Assembly: GCA_031416315.1 (NCBI GenBank)
Contig: JANOTL010000041.1
Coordinates: forward strand, 1-29,547
Direction: 5' to 3'
From: Pseudomonadota bacterium
GTDB lineage: Bacteria; Bdellovibrionota_B; Oligoflexia; Oligoflexales; CAIYRB01
Length of the DNA: 29,547 nucleotides
Positions 9,460-17,049 of the stretch are shown in pieces. The notes under the pieces were generated by a model, which saw only the letters and a program-made list of their open reading frames with translations, did no database searches and was not told the origin of the DNA. The position numbers and the translations under genes were made by a program. Positions within the stretch are counted from its first letter, which is position 1. Each line of letters opens with the position of its first letter.

Positions 9460-10157
9460 CCGTGGGCCGCCTCCGGTACCTTCTTCCCGTGCTCGCCGCC
9501 GCCGCGTTCGTCGGCGGTCCAGCTCTCGTCCACCTCGGCGCCGTGAACCCGCTCGTCGGCCTCCAGCTCACAGCAGTCTCGGCGCTTCTCGGGCTCGGCT
9601 CGACGCTCTACGGCCTCCGTCTCGCCTTCAAGGGCGCCTCGCGCCAGGGCGTCATCTGCGTCCTGGTCGGCGTCGTGCCGCTCGCCTTCATCGGCAACGG
9701 CATCCTCGGCGGGCGCAAAGTGCCGCGCCTGAACGACGTCTCCACCGACCTCGACAACCCCCCGCCGCTCGCGGCGGCAAAGGCCGCGGCCGACAACGCG
9801 GGGCAAGATCTCGCCTACCCGGCCGAGTTCAAGGATCTGGTGCGCTCGGGCTATTCGGACCTGATCTCGAAGGCGGTCGATCTGCCGCCCGCCGAAGCAT
9901 TCGCGCATGCGCAGGCGGTCGCGAAGAAGATGCCCAAGTGGCAGATCGTGGCGACCGATCCGGCGGCGCTCACGATCGAGGGGTTCGAGGTGTCCTCGAT
10001 CTACCGCTTCGTCGACGACTTCGTGATCCGCATCGAGCCGCTCGACGGCCGCTCCATCGTCGCGATGCGCTCCCGGTCGCGCCTGGGCCAAGGCGATTTT
10101 GGCGTCAACGCCCAGCGAATCCGCGCCTTTTTCGCCGCGCTCGAGCGCGCCCCTTGA
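9456..10157 (+). CDS. DUF1499 family membrane protein
   Basis: Three N-terminal hydrophobic segments, PRLNDVSTDLDNPP, FVDDFVIRI, MRSRSRLGQGDFGVNAQRI. GTGA overlap with the argS stop. Confidence 0.88.
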   Translation: MTVGRLRYLLPVLAAAAFVGGPALVHLGAVNPLVGLQLTAVSALLGLGSTLYGLRLAFKGASRQGVICVLVGVVPLAFIGNGILGGRKVPRLNDVSTDLDNPPPLAAAKAAADNAGQDLAYPAEFKDLVRSGYSDLISKAVDLPPAEAFAHAQAVAKKMPKWQIVATDPAALTIEGFEVSSIYRFVDDFVIRIEPLDGRSIVAMRSRSRLGQGDFGVNAQRIRAFFAALERAP

Positions 10158-10214
10158 GCAATCCTTAGGCACTCCGTCGCGACGCTTTTCCAGTTGCCAC
10201 AAGGGGTTGAGGCG

Positions 10215-10230
10215 CGGCCTCGAACTTGCT
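10215..10230 (+). promoter_or_regulatory. Putative sigma54 -24/-12 promoter
   Basis: CGGCCTCGAACTTGCT fits GG-N10-GC with TTGC, 28 nt upstream of ATG 10259. Confidence 0.5.
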
Positions 10231-10258
10231 CCTCCTAAGCAATAGGAGGGCTCCCCTG

Positions 10259-10912
10259 ATGTCTTTGCATTTCTTCGCCGGACTGGTCTTGGCCACCGCC
10301 CTGGGCACGACCCCCAAGACCGAGCCCCTGAAAGTCGTCTCCCCCCGCGACACCTGCGCGGGCCTTGGCCGCGAGATGGCGCGCTACGGCGCAGGCAGCG
10401 GCATGGACAAGGTCCAAACCGCGATGCTCGCGAGCGCCGGCTCGGCCATGCTCGCGATGGAGCTGCGCAACGGCGAGGCTCAGCCTTACGTCAACGCCGA
10501 GGCTCTCGCATCCCTCGTTCGTGGACCTGCGAACATCCGCCGCGTGAATGCGGCTAAGGCGGGCTTCGTGCCGCTCTCTGCCCTTCTGGCCCCGACCTTG
10601 GGCCTGGATCGCCAGATCTCTCTCGTCCTTTCCACGTCCGAGTTGAAGCAAATGCCCTTCGCGCAGCGCGGCATCGACGTCTTGGTCATCGCGCGCGAGG
10701 CTGCCGAGCTGAATGCCGAGCGCGTGCGCAAAGTCGCAGACACAGCCCTCGGGCTCGGCGTCCGCGTCAGCGTCCTTTGGGCCGGAACGAAGGCCGGGAT
10801 TCAGGGCGAGGGCACCGAAGACGCGCGACTCTTCGCCTGGCTTGCGACCGTGACGGGGGGCGCCTTTGCCGACCTCGGCGGACCGGTCAACCCCTGCGCC
10901 GCTCAGCTCTGA
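10259..10912 (+). CDS. Secreted hypothetical protein with degenerate vWA-like C-terminal half
   Basis: SD AGGAGG and signal-like N-terminus. The segment IDVLVIA...ALGLGVRVSVLW...LFAWLATVTGGAFADL matches the vWA C-terminal pattern (LA..TGG.f). No DxSxS MIDAS motif. Confidence 0.7.
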   Translation: MSLHFFAGLVLATALGTTPKTEPLKVVSPRDTCAGLGREMARYGAGSGMDKVQTAMLASAGSAMLAMELRNGEAQPYVNAEALASLVRGPANIRRVNAAKAGFVPLSALLAPTLGLDRQISLVLSTSELKQMPFAQRGIDVLVIAREAAELNAERVRKVADTALGLGVRVSVLWAGTKAGIQGEGTEDARLFAWLATVTGGAFADLGGPVNPCAAQL

Positions 10913-10942
10913 GGTCAGGTCTGCGGCCTAATGAGATCCTGA

Positions 10943-10983
10943 GCGAGCTGAAAAGCCGGCCGCGGATCAGCTCGCGGCTTTTT
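10943..10983 (+). terminator. Possible terminator between convergent genes
   Basis: GCGAGCTGA (10943-10951) / TCAGCTCGC (10967-10975) inverted repeat followed by GGCTTTTT. The 15-nt loop is long. Confidence 0.4.
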
Positions 10984-12394
10984 GCTCGGCAGCGATCTTC
11001 GCCTCGAGCTGCTTCGACAGCTTGTCCCAGTACTTGACCTTGGACATGCCCGCCGTCACCGCCTCGAAGCGGGCGTGCCAGACGTCGGGCTTGCCGGGCT
11101 GCGCGGCCGAGGCCGTGACCTGGACGACGGAGATGCCGTCCCAGGCGGCGGTGAGGAACTTGTGGCCGATGCTGACCTTGCTGCCTTTCAAGAGCGGGAA
11201 TTTCACCTGGAGGATGCCGCCGGTCTCGTCGATCCCGACCAAGGTCGCCGGCGCCTGATAGCGCACCGCAATGCCTTGCGAGGTCGAGGTATAGGCCTTG
11301 CCCGCCACCTGCGCCAGCTCGCCGCCGCGCTCGAAGGAGGCTTGCAGCATCTCGACGAAGAGGCCCATGCCGAAAGGACGCTTGATGTAGCGCACCGCGG
11401 CCGTCGAGCGCGAGTTCATCGACGAGGTGCCGACGATGATCGGCGGCTTTTGCGCGGCCGAGAGCTTGCTGTAGACGTTCTTCCACTCGATGCCGGAGGC
11501 GTCGTTCATAAGCTCGTGCAAGTAGACGCAGGCGACTCCGTCCGGATCGCGCTTCAGCATCGCCGCCGCGTTCGCCGTGGTCTTGGCATGCAAAAGGTCG
11601 ATGCCGTAACCTTTGAGGATGTCCCGGAAGCCCTCGAAGCGGCTGTCGCTCGGATCGTAGAAGATGACCTTTTGCAGCTTGTGACGCAGAGCCGACTTCT
11701 CGCCGAGCTTGATCTCGGGGAGATTCATCACCCATTTGCGCCCGGCGCCGACGATCCGCGCCAGCGGGAAGAGGTTGAAGATCTCTTCGCCCTCTTTCAA
11801 ATTGGTCGCCATGCGTAGGACGGCCGGGCCGAGGCCTTCATTGGTCGGGACGCAAAGCATGCTCGCGGCGGGGTCGACCTCGGCGGTGGAGCGAGCCACG
11901 AGCTGATCGCCCGACCGGCCCATCGCCATCGCCTCGATCGAGAGGGTGACGTCCTTCTCGATCGACGCCTGATCGGCGGTGACGAAGTAGGGCGAGACCA
12001 TCGAGTACGCGGTGATGACCTCGTTGACTTTCTGCAGAAAGGCGCGCGAATCGAGCGGGCCGAGGATAAAGCCGGCGAAACGGCGCTGCGCCAGGGGCGC
12101 GAGCTCTTCTTTCGTCTTCTTCAAGACGCTGACGAGGATCGGCGTCTTTTTCAGCGTCTCGTGCTGTTGCAGGCGGTCATAGAGCGTGCCGGCGGACCCG
12201 TCGGAAAGGACCGACTCCGTGATGACCAGGTGCGGCATCTCCTGCGCGATGTACTTCAGCGCGTCGTAGAGCGAGAGCGCCATGACGACGCGAAAGCCGT
12301 ACTTCGACAGGAGCGTCTGCATGCCGATGCCGCGCTCGCGTTTCTCGACGCAGAGGACGACCGTATGTTGGGTGATGGTGGGAGAGATCAGCAT
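10967..12394 (-). CDS. Tandem pseudo-receiver protein with PilZ-like beta segments
   Basis: REC-like aa ~10-127 (MPHLVITE with E at the phospho-Asp position; FILGP with no Lys). Second REC-like aa ~240-355 (VACVYLHE; YIKRPF). Each is followed by a beta-rich segment; the C-terminal one, ATLVGIDETGGILQVKFPLLKGSKVSI, resembles PilZ. Confidence 0.75.
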   Translation of the reverse strand: MLISPTITQHTVVLCVEKRERGIGMQTLLSKYGFRVVMALSLYDALKYIAQEMPHLVITESVLSDGSAGTLYDRLQQHETLKKTPILVSVLKKTKEELAPLAQRRFAGFILGPLDSRAFLQKVNEVITAYSMVSPYFVTADQASIEKDVTLSIEAMAMGRSGDQLVARSTAEVDPAASMLCVPTNEGLGPAVLRMATNLKEGEEIFNLFPLARIVGAGRKWVMNLPEIKLGEKSALRHKLQKVIFYDPSDSRFEGFRDILKGYGIDLLHAKTTANAAAMLKRDPDGVACVYLHELMNDASGIEWKNVYSKLSAAQKPPIIVGTSSMNSRSTAAVRYIKRPFGMGLFVEMLQASFERGGELAQVAGKAYTSTSQGIAVRYQAPATLVGIDETGGILQVKFPLLKGSKVSIGHKFLTAAWDGISVVQVTASAAQPGKPDVWHARFEAVTAGMSKVKYWDKLSKQLEAKIAAEQKAAS

Positions 12395-13644
12395 CAGCCA
12401 GCTTCCTCGAGGTCACCTTTCGGCGGGGTGCCTTCGACGGGCTTGGCTTTACGCGCCGCTTGAGCTTTCGCGGCGACGACCGCCTCCCGAATCTTCACCA
12501 GCTTCGGAAAGGCGCCGCCGTACTCCTGCTCGCAGCGCTGCAGGTATTTCAGCGCCATGTCCCACGCGCCGAGGCGGCGGCAGGCCAGGGCGGCGTTCAT
12601 CGTAATCTTGTACTTGAGCTCGGGGCGCACGATGCGGTGCGCCTTCTGATACAGCGCCAAGGCGCTTTTGCCTTTGCCGGACTGCGAGAGCCTGATGCCG
12701 AGCTCGTTCAGCTTCGCCGCGAAGAAGGGGCCGACCTCGGACATGTCGTCCATCAGCTTGAAGGCTTCGCCGATTTTTCCGGTGCACAGGAGCACCTGGG
12801 CGCGCGCCTCGAGCACCCGCGAATTCATGGGCGCGAGCTTCTCGGCGGCCGAGACGTACTTCTCGGCCATCTCGAAGTCGCCCTTCTCGACGTAGGCAGC
12901 GGCGAGGTTCGCCTTGCGCTCGACGTCGAAGGGGTTGGTGCGCTCGAGCCCGTTGAGAACCTTCAGAGCCTCGTCGACGCGACCGGTGACGAGCAGCGTC
13001 TCGCCGAGGGACGCGGCCGTCGGGCGGAACATCTTGTTCATGCCGCGCGCGCTGGCGTAGGCGGTGACGGCGGCTTCGTATTGGCCAGTCGCCTCCGCCG
13101 CCTTTCCCTTGGCGTAAGCGACGCGGTAGTCGTGGTCGGCGAGGTCGCCGAGGTTCTTCTCCGCCGCTTGGATCGCGGCCTGGTCGGCGCTGCGGATCGT
13201 GCGCGTCAGGTGCACCGTCTTGGCCTCGGCCGTCTTGTCGTCGCCGGCCAGACGCACCGCGTCCCGCGTCATCACCACGACGTCGGCAACCCAGGTGTCG
13301 GTCGGGAAGAACTGCTCGATCCCGAACTCGTAGACGCCGGCCATGAACGGCGGCTCCGGCTCGTCGCAGACGATCGCCTGGAACTCGGCGATGCAGCCGA
13401 CGTTGGCCTGGAAAGTCTTTAGCAGGGATTGGACCTCAGCGGAGTAGGTGGTGGCGAAGATGACTTGCGTCAGGACCTGGCCGCCTTCGAGCAAGACCTG
13501 GGCCTCTTCGACGCTCGAAGCGGTCTTGACGTGCAGCGCGAACTCGTCCGGCCCGACTTTTTCCGCCCATTGCGCCGCCATGCCGGTACCGGCGAGGTCG
13601 ACGAGGAGGCACGACAGCTGTGATGGGTCGAAGGAGGCGGTCAC
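12394..13644 (-). CDS. TPR protein with degenerate N-terminal receiver-like domain
   Basis: N-terminus SCLLVD...VKTASSVEEAQVLL has REC topology without the canonical Asp/Lys. Multiple TPR units follow (GQYEAAVTAY, GRVDEALKVL, GDFEMAEKY, GKIGEAFKL, GKGKSALALY, GAWDMALKY). TGATG overlap with the downstream gene. Confidence 0.82.
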   Translation of the reverse strand: MTASFDPSQLSCLLVDLAGTGMAAQWAEKVGPDEFALHVKTASSVEEAQVLLEGGQVLTQVIFATTYSAEVQSLLKTFQANVGCIAEFQAIVCDEPEPPFMAGVYEFGIEQFFPTDTWVADVVVMTRDAVRLAGDDKTAEAKTVHLTRTIRSADQAAIQAAEKNLGDLADHDYRVAYAKGKAAEATGQYEAAVTAYASARGMNKMFRPTAASLGETLLVTGRVDEALKVLNGLERTNPFDVERKANLAAAYVEKGDFEMAEKYVSAAEKLAPMNSRVLEARAQVLLCTGKIGEAFKLMDDMSEVGPFFAAKLNELGIRLSQSGKGKSALALYQKAHRIVRPELKYKITMNAALACRRLGAWDMALKYLQRCEQEYGGAFPKLVKIREAVVAAKAQAARKAKPVEGTPPKGDLEEAG

Positions 13645-13684
13645 GCGGCTCCGCTTTCACTGGATGACCGAAGGGTCTCCACCG

Positions 13685-13711
13685 GTATCGGCGAGGCCGG
13701 ATGGGGGTTTA
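13685..13711 (-). promoter_or_regulatory. Sigma28 (FliA) promoter
   Basis: Minus strand TAAA-CCCCCATCCGGCCTC(15 nt)-GCCGATAC: 11/12 match to TAAA-N15-GCCGATAA with exact spacing, 40 nt upstream of GTG 13644. Confidence 0.8.
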
Positions 13712-13826
13712 GACTTACAGGCCGAAACCGAGCGACCGGTCGGTTGGCGCTTGGAAAAAACCGGGCCCGCGGTCGAGTCGTTCTGCTAGGATGGACGGGA
13801 AGTTCCCCGAGCAATTGGAGCCTGAA

Positions 13827-14750
13827 TTGCGACCCGGCCGCACGATAGCGCTGGCGCTCCTCGTCGCCGTCCTGGCGACGCCCGACTCCGCGCGGGCGCA
13901 GTCCGACGGCGGCGCCGTTCCCCCGTCCTGGCAGACGGAAAACCGCCAAATCTATCCCGAGCACGACTCCGTCTCCTCGAAGGTGAAGAAAAAGCCGCGC
14001 GCGAAGCTCCGCGAGCCTTCGCCGTGGTACGTGCCGCGCGTCTCGGTCGGCTTCGGCCTGAATTTCCCGGAGCTCGTCCCGTTCGAGACGCATCTGGCCT
14101 TCGGCCGCTACATCGCGCTGCGCCTCTTCTACGTCCCGCGCCTTCCGTTCAACGTCCGGGTCGAGATGCCCTCCGACGTCATCAGCTCGGCGAAGGGGGT
14201 CGGCGTCGCCAACCCCGACTTCACCATCCGGATGAAGGCCGTCTACGGGCCGCAGTACGGCGCCGAAGCCCTGGTTTTCCCGTTCGGCGGCAGCTTTTTC
14301 GTCGGCCTCGGCCTTTCGTCGCGGACGATGGAGGTGCACGGCCAGGCAAAGTCGGCGATCCTCGTCTGCTCGCTCGTCGAGGCGGCGAAAGAGCCGCCGT
14401 GCCCCGATCCGACGGCGCGCATCAAGACGGACACGCAGCTCGAGCTGGAGGCCGCGCTCGAGACACAGGCGATCCTCATGCGCGGTGCCGTCGGCTGGTA
14501 CTGGCACGTCGGCTCCTTCGGTTACGTCACGCTCGCCGGCGGCGCGACCAAGCCGACCAAGATCGAGCGCCAGGCCAAGGTCACCGCCTCGGTCGACTCG
14601 CCGGGCGCCGACGACGACCTGAACGGGGCCCTGGCCGAAGTGAAGAAGACCAAGGAAGCGGAGCTCGAGGAAAAGGCGCTGGAAGAGATGCGCCCCGTCG
14701 ATGAGAAGATCCTGCCCTTGCTCGGGCTGACGGCAGGGATCCGTTTCTAA
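13827..14750 (+). CDS. Putative outer-membrane beta-barrel protein
   Basis: Signal peptide (...ALLVAVLATPDSARA|Q), amphipathic beta-strands and C-terminal LGLTAGIRF beta-signal. TTG 13827 has SD GGAG 6 nt upstream; the ATG at 13791 overlaps a TGcTAGGAT extended -10-like element. Confidence 0.72.
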   Translation: MRPGRTIALALLVAVLATPDSARAQSDGGAVPPSWQTENRQIYPEHDSVSSKVKKKPRAKLREPSPWYVPRVSVGFGLNFPELVPFETHLAFGRYIALRLFYVPRLPFNVRVEMPSDVISSAKGVGVANPDFTIRMKAVYGPQYGAEALVFPFGGSFFVGLGLSSRTMEVHGQAKSAILVCSLVEAAKEPPCPDPTARIKTDTQLELEAALETQAILMRGAVGWYWHVGSFGYVTLAGGATKPTKIERQAKVTASVDSPGADDDLNGALAEVKKTKEAELEEKALEEMRPVDEKILPLLGLTAGIRF

Positions 14751-14840
14751 CATGTATTGATAACGGCTAAGGAAACCGTTAAAGTGTGGACGGATTCGCC
14801 GCCCCCATGCTAAGTCGGGCCGAATCCCATGGAGTCACGG

Positions 14841-15347
14841 ATGATCATCTTCCAAACGGCAGGCGGCGGTGCGGGCGGTTTCACCGTCGGTACCACGACC
14901 ATTCCGGAAGCATATCAGCCGCACGCGACGACGTTCCGCAGCGACGAGTACATCCACGGCCTCAACCGGACGCTTCAGGCCGAGATGCGCGCGCTCTCCG
15001 CATACCGCGCCTACGCGAAAAGCGAGCCGACGAGCGACCACTCGCTCGTCATGCTGGAAGAGCATCAGGCCGCGAGCCGCGAGCTGGTGCGCCTCATCGT
15101 CCTCAATCGCGGCGTCCCGGAAGACCGCTCGGCCTTGAGCCTGGGGCTCACCCGAACCTTCATCCAGATTTGCGCGGCGTTTCCCTCGCGACTCCTCGAG
15201 CGCGCGACGCTGTCGACTTTGAGCTCGCTCGAGCGCCACTTGGTTGCCCGCTACCAGAAGATCTTGAAGGATGCGCCCGCCCGCGACGCCCCGGCGCTCG
15301 AAGAGCTCCTGCGGCAAACTGAGAGCCGCATCGAGCGCTTCGTCTAA
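14841..15347 (+). CDS. Ferritin-like four-helix protein (DUF2383/PA2169-like)
   Basis: LNRTLQAEMRALSAY, EEHQAASRELVRLIVLNRGVP, LSSLERHLVARYQKIL. SD GGAG 6 nt before ATG 14841. Confidence 0.72.
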   Translation: MIIFQTAGGGAGGFTVGTTTIPEAYQPHATTFRSDEYIHGLNRTLQAEMRALSAYRAYAKSEPTSDHSLVMLEEHQAASRELVRLIVLNRGVPEDRSALSLGLTRTFIQICAAFPSRLLERATLSTLSSLERHLVARYQKILKDAPARDAPALEELLRQTESRIERFV

Positions 15348-15398
15348 TTTCTCCTCTCGATCTCATCCCGCTCCCCCTTTGCCGCCGAGCTGCCGCTG

Positions 15399-16133
15399 AT
15401 GGACATCGCGCACCTGCTGACGACCGAGAACCTGATCGCGCTCCTGACCCTGTCGACCCTCGAGATCGTGCTCGGGATCGACAACATCGTCTTCATCGCC
15501 ATCCTCACTTCGCGCCTGCCGCCCAAGGATCAGCCGAAGGCCCGCCGCATCGGCCTCGGACTCGCGATGATCACGCGGATCATGCTGCTGTTCGCCTTGA
15601 GCTGGGTGATCCGCCTCGTCGATCCTTTGTTCTCGATCGCCGGCAAGTCTTTCTCTGGCAAGGATTTGATCCTGCTCGGGGGGGGACTCTTCCTTTTGGC
15701 CAAGTCGACCTTCGAGATCCACGGCACGATCGACGGCCACGGCGAGAAGGACTCGGACGGCGACGGCCGTAGCGACGGCAAAGCCTCCTACGCGGGGATT
15801 CTGATCCAGATCGCCATCCTCGACATCGTCTTCTCGCTCGACTCGGTGATCACCGCCGTTGGCATGGCGCGCGAGGTTTCCGTGATGATCACGGCCGTCC
15901 TCCTTTCGGTCGGCGTGATGCTGGTCTTCGCCAACTCGATCAGCGAGTTCATCCTTCGCCATCCGACGGTGAAGATGCTGGCGCTCTCCTTCCTGATGCT
16001 GATCGGCCTCGTACTCGTGGCTGACGGCATGGGCCAGCACATCGAGAAGGGATACATCTACTTCGCCATGGGCTTCTCGATCGTGGTCGAGATGCTCAAC
16101 CTGAAGCTGCGGAAAAGGGCGCGGAAAGCCTAA
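15399..16133 (+). CDS. TerC family membrane protein
   Basis: LEIVLGIDNIVFIAIL, LGGGLFLLAKST, LDIVFSLDSVITAVGM, HPTVKMLALSFL, KGYIYFAMGFS. Confidence 0.95.
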   Translation: MDIAHLLTTENLIALLTLSTLEIVLGIDNIVFIAILTSRLPPKDQPKARRIGLGLAMITRIMLLFALSWVIRLVDPLFSIAGKSFSGKDLILLGGGLFLLAKSTFEIHGTIDGHGEKDSDGDGRSDGKASYAGILIQIAILDIVFSLDSVITAVGMAREVSVMITAVLLSVGVMLVFANSISEFILRHPTVKMLALSFLMLIGLVLVADGMGQHIEKGYIYFAMGFSIVVEMLNLKLRKRARKA

Positions 16134-16148
16134 GGCCCGCCCTTGGGG

Positions 16149-16154
16149 TATACT
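16149..16154 (+). promoter_or_regulatory. -10 box (TATACT), possibly giving a leaderless mRNA
   Basis: TATACT-CAATCC-ATG: 6 nt from the start codon, no SD. Confidence 0.45.
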
Positions 16155-16160
16155 CAATCC

Positions 16161-17036
16161 ATGGCTCAGACCCCCTCCCCCGTCGCCCGGCGCCTCGTCG
16201 TGACGCTCGCGTTAGCCTGCGCCGGCGTGGCGTTCTTGCGGGACGAAGTCTCATCCGGCGCGGGGAGCGCCCCTTTGGTCGCGCCCCTGCCGGCGCCCGC
16301 GCCCGCGAAGGCCCAGGACCCGAGCTTGCCGCAGGTCGGCGCGACCGCGCAGATGGTGACCCTGGAGTTCCCGCCGCTCGAATTCGCGGACGAGCAGGGG
16401 CAAGCGCGTGGCGCCGCCGTCTCGATCGTCCGCGAGACGATGGAGAACCTGGGCTTCCGGGTCGACGTCCAGGTCCTACCGTGGGCGCGGAGCATCGCGC
16501 TCGTGAAGGAAGGCCGCGCCGACGCGATCTTCACCGCTTACAAAAACGACGAGCGCGAGACCTTTCTGGATTACTCGAGCGAAGTGCTGATTCCCCAGGT
16601 CGTCTCGCTCTACACGAAAAAGGCCGCAACGCACGGCTTCGGCGGCGACTACAAGGTCCTCGTCGGCAAGATCATCGGCATCGTTTCGACCATCAGCTAC
16701 GGCGAATCTTTCGACAAAGCGCGGCAGACGCTGGGGCTGAAAACCGACCGCGTCGAGAGCTTGGACCTCAACTTCAAGAAACTCGTCGCGGGCCGTGTCG
16801 ACTACGTCATCTCGAACCGCTACTCCGCCGAGGTGGAGATCGAGCGACTGAAGCTCGGCGCGCAGGTGCAGGAGCTGTCGCCGCCGGTCGAGATCACGCC
16901 GAGCTTCCTCGCTTTCTCGAAGAAGAGCCCGTTCGCCGCGCTGAAGCCGAAGTTCGATCAGGCGCTGCGCGAGCTACGGAAATCCGGGCGCTACCAGCGC
17001 ATTCTCGAAGAGTTCAAGGTCAACACGCCGAAGTAG
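16161..17036 (+). CDS. Orphan family-3 (polar amino acid type) solute-binding protein
   Basis: EFPPLEF, LPWARSIALVKEGRADAIF, KKLVAGRVDYVI, FLAFSKK, FDQALRELRKSGRYQRIL. N-terminal hydrophobic segment. No permease or ATPase nearby. Confidence 0.9.
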   Translation: MAQTPSPVARRLVVTLALACAGVAFLRDEVSSGAGSAPLVAPLPAPAPAKAQDPSLPQVGATAQMVTLEFPPLEFADEQGQARGAAVSIVRETMENLGFRVDVQVLPWARSIALVKEGRADAIFTAYKNDERETFLDYSSEVLIPQVVSLYTKKAATHGFGGDYKVLVGKIIGIVSTISYGESFDKARQTLGLKTDRVESLDLNFKKLVAGRVDYVISNRYSAEVEIERLKLGAQVQELSPPVEITPSFLAFSKKSPFAALKPKFDQALRELRKSGRYQRILEEFKVNTPK

Positions 17037-17049
17037 CGTCCGGCTTAGG

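Noticed and set aside
15348..15398. yybP-ykoY Mn riboswitch expected ahead of terC
   Set aside because: The gap is only 51 nt, pyrimidine-rich, and shows no matching structure.
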